Source of the DNA: Myxococcota bacterium
GTDB taxonomy: Bacteria; Myxococcota_A; SURF-8; G963663525
DNA length: 64,000 nt
Direction: 5' to 3'
Assembly (NCBI GenBank): GCA_963676915.2
Contig: CAXXVK010000068.1
Coordinates: forward strand, 64,001 to 128,000
Shown here: positions 29,065-37,793 of the stretch, one piece after another
How the letters are laid out: each line of letters begins with the position of its first letter
Position numbering within the stretch: position 1 is the first letter of the stretch
The notes under the pieces: generated by a model
The model's database searches: none
What the model saw: only the letters and a program-made list of their open reading frames with translations
Told to the model about the DNA's origin: nothing
Made by a program: the position numbers and the translations under genes

Positions 29065-29985
29065 TTAATGCCCCGAAAGTTTTTTAAGAAATTCCGTGAT
29101 CCTTTTCGTTGCCTCGTATCCCTGGGCATCGAAAATGTCCGTATGTCCCGCTCCTCGTAAAAACAGGCGGTCCGTAAGCGGTTGAGGTAGTGCGCGAGCA
29201 AGTTGCTTGCCCATGTTCACCGGGACGGTGAGATCGTCCTTCCCGTGAATCACGAGAACCGGAACGTGTATTCGTTCAACCATCGTTCGAGGATCGAACT
29301 GGCTGACTTCACAACCCGTTTTCTGTTCCATTCGTTCCTGAAAACCATGTACGAACCATGAAGCCAGTGTTTTTCCGCACGATGGTGTTAAGAAGTATTC
29401 GGAGATATCATCGAGGTTAACATAGGTCGAGACGAGAATTGCTCCACGGATTCGTTCGTCCAGACCGGTTAGTCGAAGGGCGGCGACTCCTCCCAGGCTG
29501 TGCCCTAAAACAGCTACAGGCGCTTGAAGTTGCGCCAGATCTTGAAGCTGGTCGAGGGCATCGCTCATGTCACTGGTTTCCCGACAACCCATGGTTCCCG
29601 ATCCGCCGCTTTTTCCGTGGCCTCGCTGATCGAACAGAAACACCGCCCAGCCTGCTTTCAACCAGGGAAGCACGCGTTTTCTCCAGGGGAGACGGGAGTC
29701 GGCCCAGCCGTGAGAGACAATCAACGTCCCGGTGGTTTTTTCAGAAAGACGTACGAGTTCCCCGGACAGTCGAAGTCCGTCGCGGCTCTGCCATTCCAGC
29801 ACCAGAACATTGGCTTCGTATTGGTTCCAAAAGCTTTCGGAGGATGGCGCTACCGTACGTGGCGGTTGAGTAAGCATCGTAACGGCGCGATCCAGAAACG
29901 AATCGTAGGCCAGATAGCCTCCCACAGCGAGTACAAGACTGGCGAAGCAAGAAAAAAGTGCTATGGTGCGGGTGCGGCGGCGCAT
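29065..29985 (-). CDS. alpha/beta hydrolase with N-terminal anchor
   Basis: HGW, DQRGHG, GHSLGG nucleophile elbow, IHGKDD, GAGH. Confidence 0.9.
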   Translation of the reverse strand: MRRRTRTIALFSCFASLVLAVGGYLAYDSFLDRAVTMLTQPPRTVAPSSESFWNQYEANVLVLEWQSRDGLRLSGELVRLSEKTTGTLIVSHGWADSRLPWRKRVLPWLKAGWAVFLFDQRGHGKSGGSGTMGCRETSDMSDALDQLQDLAQLQAPVAVLGHSLGGVAALRLTGLDERIRGAILVSTYVNLDDISEYFLTPSCGKTLASWFVHGFQERMEQKTGCEVSQFDPRTMVERIHVPVLVIHGKDDLTVPVNMGKQLARALPQPLTDRLFLRGAGHTDIFDAQGYEATKRITEFLKKLSGH

Positions 29986-30030
29986 AATTTATCCTTCAAT
30001 GGAATGAAAACGAATAAAGGATGCCGGAAA

Positions 30031-30702
30031 ATGACCGAACAAAGCAAGGAAAACCGGTGGATTCGAATGTGGTTCAAATCCAACAAAGCATACATCCTCT
30101 GTGACGACCAAGGAGAGCCGGTGATTGAAAACGGGCGAGCGCAAATGGTCTATCACCCCGATGATTCTCGGGTTTACGCCATTTCATCCGCGAATGTCCG
30201 TCCTTTGGACGATCCTCCTCCCAAGCGGGAAAAACCGGCAAAACCTTCGGTATCGAAAAAGACATCTCCGGCTGACGAAAAACAAACCGATAGCCGCGCC
30301 ATCGTGGTGTACACCGATGGCGCTTGCTCGGGAAATCCGGGTCCGGCGGGGTCGGGTGTCGTATTGATCTGGGGAAAGCACCGTAAGGAAATTTCCCGTT
30401 ATCTGGGAACGGGAACGAACAATATCGCGGAGTTGGTCGCCATACAAATCGCGTTGGAAACCATCACCAACAAGAATCTTCCGGTGAAATTGCATACGGA
30501 TTCGAGCTATTCCATCGGAGTACTCAAACAAGGATGGAAAGCGAAAAAGAATCAGGAATTGATCGAAAACATTCGTCAGTTGGTCGCGCAATATCCACGA
30601 TTGGAGTTGATCAAAGTACGCGGTCACCACGGTGTTCCGGAGAACGAAAGGGCCGATGAACTGGCGAGAATGGCAGTAGAACGAAAGGCGGACGGACCAT
30701 AA
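30031..30702 (+). CDS. rnhA: ribonuclease HI with N-terminal extension
   Basis: YTDGACSGNPGP, TNNIAEL, TDSSY, KVRGH...NERADELA. Confidence 0.93.
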   Translation: MTEQSKENRWIRMWFKSNKAYILCDDQGEPVIENGRAQMVYHPDDSRVYAISSANVRPLDDPPPKREKPAKPSVSKKTSPADEKQTDSRAIVVYTDGACSGNPGPAGSGVVLIWGKHRKEISRYLGTGTNNIAELVAIQIALETITNKNLPVKLHTDSSYSIGVLKQGWKAKKNQELIENIRQLVAQYPRLELIKVRGHHGVPENERADELARMAVERKADGP

Positions 30703-30917
30703 GGGGGCAAAAGGTTCTTAATCTTGCAAGAAATCTGAAATACTGTGTTGAATTGGTGTGTTAGACGATTTCGCGAGAAATGGATGTGTCGGGGATTGAA
30801 AAAGAAATCGCTTGGAATTCACCAACAAAATCTTGCAGTTGCTTCTTTAGTTGACAACTTATGGTATAGGGATGATAACATAGTATAGGTTTTACCTCTA
30901 ATACTCGGTCGAAAACA

Positions 30918-32450
30918 ATGGCGATGAACCAGTCAAGATCCTATGCACATGACTATGAAAATATAGCGCATTACCGCGTGCTGGAAAAAGTGGCCGAGGG
31001 GGCGATGGGTGCCGTGTTCAAAGCGGTGGACCCAAACCTGGAGATGCCCGTTGCCATTAAAGTGCTTTCTCCGAAAATCGCCAGCGATCCCGAAACGATG
31101 GTTCGTTTCGAACGCGAAGCCAAAGCGGCGGCCAAACTGCGCCATCCCAACATCGGTCATGTGTTTTTCATTGGCAAGACCTACGACAACCTGCCGTTTT
31201 ACGCGATGGAGTTCATCGAGGGAGTTTCTCTGGATGACGTCATACATCGCCGGATGTGGGTGACCGGTGAACAGGTCATGCACATCATGACGCAGGTGGC
31301 CGAAGCGTTGCAACTTGCCGCCGAAAAAGGCATTTTGCATCGGGATGTCAAGCCGGGCAACATCATGATCACCAACGAGGGCAACGCCAAACTCGTGGAT
31401 TTCGGCTTGGCCAAAACGATGGAGTCCACCGACGCCTCGTTGACTCGTTCCGGTGTGGCGATGGGAACGCCCAACTATCTCAGCCCCGAACAGGCCAAGG
31501 GTGAAGCCGCCGATTTCCGCGCCGACATGTATTCCCTGGGGATCACGTTTTTCGAGGTATTGACCGGCCATCTGCCGTACAAATCGGACACTCCCATGGG
31601 TGTGCTGATGAAGCACGTTCAAGATCCGATTCCGCAAATAACCGATTTCAATCAGCAATTTCCGAAACGGGTCGCCAAACTGATTTTGCGGATGATGTCC
31701 AAAAGCCCGCGAGACCGTTTTCCCGACTATCACGCCATTTTATCGGAAATCAAAGACATCGAAGCCGTCGAGCGAAGCTTCATTGCCAGTACCTGGGGGT
31801 TCTGCGAGAACGACCAGACGTACGTCATGGTCAGTAGCACCAAGGAATGTACGATTTGCGGCATGGAGCTTTCCGAGCAGGTCAGCAACGTGTATTATTC
31901 GATCCTGTTGACCGGTTTTCAGGATGACGAAGCCCGCGAAAAAGTGACCAAATACCTCGTACAATCCACCAAGAAAAACGCGGACGAAATCCGGCAGATT
32001 CTTTCCACGCTGCCGTTCGTAATGGCTCCGAAAGTAACGGCCAGCAAAGCCAAGGCGTTTCAGCAGAAATTCCTGAAAATGGGAGCGTTTCTGGAGTTGC
32101 GCAAGATACAGGCCAAGCGCTCGTCGCTGGGTCATCATCAGCGCCGGAGGGCCGGTTTGGATGCGCAACAGGGCCGATTGAATCCTTCAGCGAATGGTCC
32201 TTCAACGAATTCCGAATCGCAGTACACGAACGAAGAGGGCTTTTTCAAACGTAACAGTTTGAAATTGATCGTGATTTTGTCCGCACTGCTGATGATCGGA
32301 CTCAACATTTTCATCTGGCTGAATTTTTCGTCTATCAACAACTGGCTCAAAGACGACATTCAGCCACCTCCAGCCAAAGTCGAAGGAGCGACACCGCCGA
32401 CTCCGGTTCCCATTCCCGATAAACAAAAAGCGGAAGGGGCAAATCCCTAA
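30918..32450 (+). CDS. Hanks-type Ser/Thr protein kinase, membrane anchored
   Basis: EGAMGAV, VAIK, HRDVKPGN, DFG, GTPNYLSPE, DMYSLG; C-terminal TM helix. Confidence 0.93.
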   Translation: MAMNQSRSYAHDYENIAHYRVLEKVAEGAMGAVFKAVDPNLEMPVAIKVLSPKIASDPETMVRFEREAKAAAKLRHPNIGHVFFIGKTYDNLPFYAMEFIEGVSLDDVIHRRMWVTGEQVMHIMTQVAEALQLAAEKGILHRDVKPGNIMITNEGNAKLVDFGLAKTMESTDASLTRSGVAMGTPNYLSPEQAKGEAADFRADMYSLGITFFEVLTGHLPYKSDTPMGVLMKHVQDPIPQITDFNQQFPKRVAKLILRMMSKSPRDRFPDYHAILSEIKDIEAVERSFIASTWGFCENDQTYVMVSSTKECTICGMELSEQVSNVYYSILLTGFQDDEAREKVTKYLVQSTKKNADEIRQILSTLPFVMAPKVTASKAKAFQQKFLKMGAFLELRKIQAKRSSLGHHQRRRAGLDAQQGRLNPSANGPSTNSESQYTNEEGFFKRNSLKLIVILSALLMIGLNIFIWLNFSSINNWLKDDIQPPPAKVEGATPPTPVPIPDKQKAEGANP

Positions 32451-32471
32451 CGTTTCGAAAAAGCAGATTCG

Positions 32472-32499
32472 AAGGCCGGAAGTTTTTCCGGCCTTTTTT
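32472..32499 (+). terminator. intrinsic terminator after the kinase gene
   Basis: AAGGCCGGAA-GTTT-TTCCGGCCTTTTTT. Confidence 0.75.
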
Positions 32500-32662
32500 C
32501 GTCGTTGGCTTTAGTTCGTTGAGTGCGCTAGCGCGAAACATCCACCCGCTATGCGGGTGCAGAAACGAAAGTAATATGCAAAAATCACCTTTCGGTTGTT
32601 TTAGAGTTGTTCAGGCTACTAAAACAACCAAATGAAAGGTGATAGAATGGCGAACAAAGAAG

Positions 32663-32727
32663 GTAGGTCGGGTAAATTTTTTACCCGACACCTTTGCAAT
32701 GTCGGGTAAGAAATTTACCCGACCTAC
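32663..32727. repeat. 65-bp GTAG REP doublet (REPIN-like), copy 1
   Basis: GTAGGTCGGGTAAA..TTTACCCGAC, spacer, GTCGGGTAAGAAATTTACCCGACCTAC; homologous to copies at 58212 and 63509. Confidence 0.8.
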
Positions 32728-32742
32728 TACCTGCTACCGTTT

Positions 32743-33996
32743 TCAACGTCGGTTTTGCCGGTCGAAAATGTGAACCACCAGCCCCGAACGCAGTTTCGGT
32801 TCGAACCAGGTCGATTTCGGGGGCATTACAGCATCGGCGTCGGAGATGTCCATCAGTTGTTCCACCGTTGTGGGGTACATGCCGAAGGCTACCTGATGCG
32901 ATCCATCCAGGCAGATGCGCTCCAGCTCCTTGTTGCCTCGAATGCCGCCCACGAAATCGATACGTTCGTTGGTTCGTGGATCGTCGATGCCGAAGAGGTT
33001 ATCCAGTACGTTGCGCTGAAGAATGGAAACGTCCAGGCATTCGATGGGGTCGTCCTCGTGGAGAATCCCGGCGTTTGCTTCGATTCGATACCACTGCTTG
33101 TCGAGGAACATATTGAACTGGTGCATGGCGAGTTCGGCCGGTTCGTCGATGGCTTCGACGGTAAAGTTTTCAGCCAGTTTTTCAAGCACTTGGGTGGGAG
33201 TCAAGCCGTTGAGATCTTTAACGGCGCGGTTGTAGGGGAGAATCTGTAGCTGGTCGTGGGGAAACAACACGGCCATGAAGAAATTGTACGCTTCCGTTCC
33301 ATTATGATCGGGATTGGCGTTTTTACGCAGTTCCCGAACGCGAGAACCGCTTTTGGCTCGGTGGTGTCCGTCTGCGACGTAAGCGCAGGGAACGTTTTGC
33401 ATGGAGCTTTGGACCTGGGCGATCCACTCGGTGTCGGCGACCTTCCAAAAAACGTGTCCGATACCGTCTTCACTGACGAAATCGATGTCCGCCGGTTTTT
33501 CGGTGATGGTGGCGATCAGTCGGTTCAGATCTTCCTGGGATCGGTAGGTCAAAAAGACCGGTCCCGCATTGCAGCCTGTTTCATGCACGTGGCGGGCGCG
33601 GTCGTCCTCTTTGACTTTGCGTGTTTTTTCGTGCTTTTTGATGCGGTTTTCGTCGTAGTCGTCCACGGCACAGACCGTCACGAGACCGGTTTGCTCGTGC
33701 TCGCCCATTTTTTGTCGGTACACATAAAGGCAAGGCGTAGAATCCTGGACGAGATAGCCTTTGTCGATCCAGAGATTGAGGTTCGAAACGGCCTTGGCAT
33801 ACACGTGATCGTCGTAGAGGCTGATCGACGGGTCAAGATCGATTTCCGGCTTGGTGATATGCAGGAAACTATAGGAATTGCCCTCGGCCATGACGCGGGC
33901 TTCGTCGGAGTTCATCACGTCGTAAGGCAGGGCTGCCACTTTTTCGGCTAGATCTACAGGGGGTCGGAATCCGGCAAACGGTTTGATCGTCAACAT
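32743..33996 (-). CDS. DUF1015 family protein
   Basis: ALPYDV, IKKHEKT, YVADGHHR, DFVGGIRG, MPPKSTWFEPKLRSGL; start at MLTIK behind GGAGG. Confidence 0.9.
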   Translation of the reverse strand: MLTIKPFAGFRPPVDLAEKVAALPYDVMNSDEARVMAEGNSYSFLHITKPEIDLDPSISLYDDHVYAKAVSNLNLWIDKGYLVQDSTPCLYVYRQKMGEHEQTGLVTVCAVDDYDENRIKKHEKTRKVKEDDRARHVHETGCNAGPVFLTYRSQEDLNRLIATITEKPADIDFVSEDGIGHVFWKVADTEWIAQVQSSMQNVPCAYVADGHHRAKSGSRVRELRKNANPDHNGTEAYNFFMAVLFPHDQLQILPYNRAVKDLNGLTPTQVLEKLAENFTVEAIDEPAELAMHQFNMFLDKQWYRIEANAGILHEDDPIECLDVSILQRNVLDNLFGIDDPRTNERIDFVGGIRGNKELERICLDGSHQVAFGMYPTTVEQLMDISDADAVMPPKSTWFEPKLRSGLVVHIFDRQNRR

Positions 33997-34258
33997 CGAT
34001 GGACCTCCAATGTCAAACAGGTTTTCTTTCTGACCTAAACGGTCGAACGATGCAGTATTGCCACCGATTCCGGGATTCGTCAACCGTGGAACATTTTTTT
34101 CGTGAATGATCCGGGATAACGTGAAAAGGTAGGATTTGGGGAGGGAATAAGGGATTTTGCATGGACGTTCGGAAGCGGGTTGCGTTCGCGTGAAAACAGT
34201 GTCACGATACGTCTAACGAAAACAGGTGGGATTTGCGTAATTGGCAAAGGATGCGGAA

Positions 34259-37200
34259 ATGGTTCGAAGTTTGAGCATCGTGACGGCACTGGTTGTTGGT
34301 TTGTGGCTTACAGGCTGCGTGAGGTCGTCTGCCTGCCCGGAAGGGTGGGTTGCCAACGCGACGGGCGATTGCATCCCGGTGGGGGACATGGATCTCGATG
34401 CAACCGACGGACTCGTGGATCGGGAGATCATCGGACCTTCCGCCGATACAGACCGCGATGTGGTCGAAACCGAATTACCGCCGGACGATGGGCAGTCCGA
34501 TTGCCAGAGCCTGGAAGACTGCTATGTCGGCGAAACCTGCCACATGGTTTACAGCAACGGTGGCAAATGTGCGTTGAAATGTGAGAAAAAGAAAGATTGC
34601 CTGCAATTCGGAGACAATTATTACTGTGACCAGGAGCAAAGCTGTCGCATGGGAGATGAACCGACCTCCTGTCTTGAGACGGGGGATTGCTCCTACAGCA
34701 TGATTTGTCACACCAAACCGGGGCTTTGCGAGATTCCTTGCTTTGATGAAGAAAGCACTTGGTGCCGGGATCGTTTCGGAGCCGAATACTATTGTTCCGG
34801 TCAGGGAACCTGCGAAAAAGGAACGCCGCAGACGACATGTGTAACGGATTCGGACTGCGAAAATCCGAAAGTCTGCCACGATCAATACGAAGGCGGCACA
34901 TGCAAGGCTTTATGCCTGGATACCAGTGAATGCGGAGGCGAAGAGAGCGGGTATTACTGCAATTCTTCCCAACTCTGTGTCCCCGAACACAACAAGGAAA
35001 ACTGCGAGGTCGACGACGATTGCCAGATTGGGAAGATCTGCCACCTTCAGGTGGATGGCGGCAAATGCATGAGTCCTTGCGACGAGTTGAGCGATTGCAC
35101 GTCTTTGGGACATTTTCCACCGCTTTTCTGTAATGCGGAAAATCAATGCATTCCCGAGCGACCCGAAGCGGGATGCACAGAAGATGCGCATTGCCTGGTC
35201 AATACGATATGTCACGATCAACTGGAAAACGGCTTGGGTGCCTGCATCCCCGCATGTGAAAGCCATCTGGACTGCATGAATATGCTCAACCTGCGGGAAG
35301 TCAATTGCAATGCAATGGGAGAATGTATTCCCGTTACCCAGGGCGGAGACGATGACGAAGACGTCGATGACGATGTAGAGCATCAAGAAACCACCGGCAG
35401 CGGCTGCACGCCGATTTCCTCCGGGGGAACCTACCGGATCGAACTGGAAAATACGACCACGACCTTCCGCGTAACCTGGAAAGGTTCGCCGTGGGTGAAT
35501 GAGGATCGTCCGGTGGAAATCCTGTTGACCGACACACGGACGGGGGTCCGATTCACTGCCGTTTCGTATATTACCGACGGCGGGAATATCGAACCGATCA
35601 CGCTGCTCTCGGGAACCTACAGGATTTGGATTCAGAATTACTGGGGACAGAAAGCCCGCATCTACGATCAATACATCATAGAGGGAGAGCAGACCATCGA
35701 GTTGGAAGCGCCTTTTATTCGAATGACTATGGACGTCAAAAAGAACGGCGAAACTTTTCCCGTGCTCGATTCCGACTATCAAGGGCACCTTTACATGAAA
35801 GACAGCCTGACCTACCAGACGCGCAGTCTGGGTAAAGTCGGCTATCCCGAAAATGCGGACAATCACTTTTCCGAAGAGGTTTTCGCCACCAATTACACCC
35901 TGATTTTCGATGGTTATCTGGATAACAGTCCAGATAGTCGGCAGATTTACACCATTCGCAGCAACATGGCGGTGGAGTACGAGGAACCCTACGAAGTATC
36001 GTTGCTTCTTGACCTTTCCACGGTGGAAATCGAAGGTGAAGTGACAATCAATGGCGACGTTCCCGAAGAATCCGACGTGTCCAGAGGGGAAATCTGGGTG
36101 ATCAATCCCCTGACATCGGACCGTTTTCGTTTCTTGCCGATGGGGGCTTCCGGCAGTGTAGAATTCAGCCGTGAAGTCGTCGCCGATCATTACCGGGTCG
36201 GATTTGCTCCGCCTGGGAACGATGGTGAGGATTACCTGTGGTTGGAGAGCGACTCAAGGGACTGGTTGACGGAACAAAGCGTGGAGATTGATCTTCCACG
36301 ATACACCTGGACGGGAGAGGTGCTCAGTTGGGGGCAAAGCCTGCCCGATCATAGGTATCTCGACCGTGGCTCCATTTATGTCACCAATGAAGACACCAAT
36401 GAGAAAACGCTGCTCACTCAATTGGGTTTTTCCGGAGATACGGATTTCGAGACCGAACTCGGTCCCGGAACCTACTCTCTTTATTTCGAAGGAAAACTGC
36501 TCGACGATCCTTTTTTCGTCGATCGCAGTTACCCTCGAACCGATCACCGATTGGTGTTTGAAGAAGGAATCGAAATCAGTGGAGATCTGAGCCGCGATAT
36601 CGATCTTCCGATTGTTGAGTTGCCGACGACCCTCAAATTCAACGGCGACACACTGGCGTCCGACGATGTCAATGTCAACGAGTATGTCACCATGCGCCGG
36701 GGTGGGAGCTACGACGACATTCCCATCGTACATCTGGGGTCGTATGAGTCTTCTCCCTTCAATACCCGATTGTTTACGGGAACATACAAAGTGCTTTATG
36801 CCGGGGACGACCTGATGTGTGGGGAGTACCAGACGGCGACTCTCGCGGAAGATGTGGAAGTCAATGCCGAAACGACCGAGTTGGATTTCAACGTGCGGCA
36901 CAATACGGTCGAATTGTCGTTTTTCGATGAAAGCGGCGAGAAAACGTTGCAGGAGATGCTTTCCGAATCCCGGTTCGACAGTGCGGAACTGTACGTAATC
37001 GATAATGTGCTACGAAGCCGAGATTTTGCAACGAACGATTACACGGACAACCGGTTTTCGTTTTGCCGTCCTCCTGGAAACTACACGTTCATTCTCCGGT
37101 TGAATTTGGGCAATTACTATCAGGAACATCCGGTCCTGAAAAAGCACGAATTGGTCGAAGACCTCGATGCTTCGATCAACTTGCCCTTTTTATCGATGTC

Positions 37201-37510
37201 GTTCGAAATGCTGTTGAACGGTGAAAGCATTCCCGATGATATCGCCGGGGCAGGCGAGTTCAGCCGTGGGGACATCCTGTTGCGGGGACGCGATCAGGAA
37301 TTTTATCGGATGCTGAATCTCGAAATCGGAGCCATCGGGCCGGTGGATGGTGAAAACCGGCTGACCGTCGAACTTTTACCTCCCGATACGAACAATGGAA
37401 ATCCCGCCAACTATTATCCCGTGTATGACGTGTATTTCTCTACCGGAAATACCGATGTTTTTCCCATCGTACAATGGGTGAGTATCGGGTGTATCGAAAT
37501 CATCGAGTAG
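34259..37510 (+). CDS. large acidic lipoprotein with five 8-Cys repeats and about seven beta-sandwich repeats
   Basis: Lipobox LTGC; repeats of the form CxxxxDCxxxxICH..G.C...C....C...YC.....C; C-terminal ~105-aa repeats. Confidence 0.82.
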   Translation: MVRSLSIVTALVVGLWLTGCVRSSACPEGWVANATGDCIPVGDMDLDATDGLVDREIIGPSADTDRDVVETELPPDDGQSDCQSLEDCYVGETCHMVYSNGGKCALKCEKKKDCLQFGDNYYCDQEQSCRMGDEPTSCLETGDCSYSMICHTKPGLCEIPCFDEESTWCRDRFGAEYYCSGQGTCEKGTPQTTCVTDSDCENPKVCHDQYEGGTCKALCLDTSECGGEESGYYCNSSQLCVPEHNKENCEVDDDCQIGKICHLQVDGGKCMSPCDELSDCTSLGHFPPLFCNAENQCIPERPEAGCTEDAHCLVNTICHDQLENGLGACIPACESHLDCMNMLNLREVNCNAMGECIPVTQGGDDDEDVDDDVEHQETTGSGCTPISSGGTYRIELENTTTTFRVTWKGSPWVNEDRPVEILLTDTRTGVRFTAVSYITDGGNIEPITLLSGTYRIWIQNYWGQKARIYDQYIIEGEQTIELEAPFIRMTMDVKKNGETFPVLDSDYQGHLYMKDSLTYQTRSLGKVGYPENADNHFSEEVFATNYTLIFDGYLDNSPDSRQIYTIRSNMAVEYEEPYEVSLLLDLSTVEIEGEVTINGDVPEESDVSRGEIWVINPLTSDRFRFLPMGASGSVEFSREVVADHYRVGFAPPGNDGEDYLWLESDSRDWLTEQSVEIDLPRYTWTGEVLSWGQSLPDHRYLDRGSIYVTNEDTNEKTLLTQLGFSGDTDFETELGPGTYSLYFEGKLLDDPFFVDRSYPRTDHRLVFEEGIEISGDLSRDIDLPIVELPTTLKFNGDTLASDDVNVNEYVTMRRGGSYDDIPIVHLGSYESSPFNTRLFTGTYKVLYAGDDLMCGEYQTATLAEDVEVNAETTELDFNVRHNTVELSFFDESGEKTLQEMLSESRFDSAELYVIDNVLRSRDFATNDYTDNRFSFCRPPGNYTFILRLNLGNYYQEHPVLKKHELVEDLDASINLPFLSMSFEMLLNGESIPDDIAGAGEFSRGDILLRGRDQEFYRMLNLEIGAIGPVDGENRLTVELLPPDTNNGNPANYYPVYDVYFSTGNTDVFPIVQWVSIGCIEIIE

Positions 37511-37793
37511 GCAACGGGACGAAGGCGCGTTCGATCCATGAGTTCCCCTGTTTGGAACCATTTCTGCTTTGTTTGGACATCCTTAACGACTATGCTATAC
37601 TCCGAAAACGAATCGGGAAATAGCAAGGACGCCAGGAGTGTTTCATAAATTCTTGGACGTTGATGCTGGACTTTTGACGGGGAATTGGGCTATACCGTGT
37701 CAAAAGCAACCTTTTCGCTTCTGAATCGAAAAATGAATTAACGGGTTCGGCCCTCTCCCGAGAGCGGTCTTAGTCGGCGGGAACATCGGGTAC

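Noticed and set aside
32597-32626. GTTTTAGAG...CTAAAAC resembling a CRISPR repeat
   Set aside because: Single copy, no spacers, no cas genes in the window; it is the core of a longer hairpin
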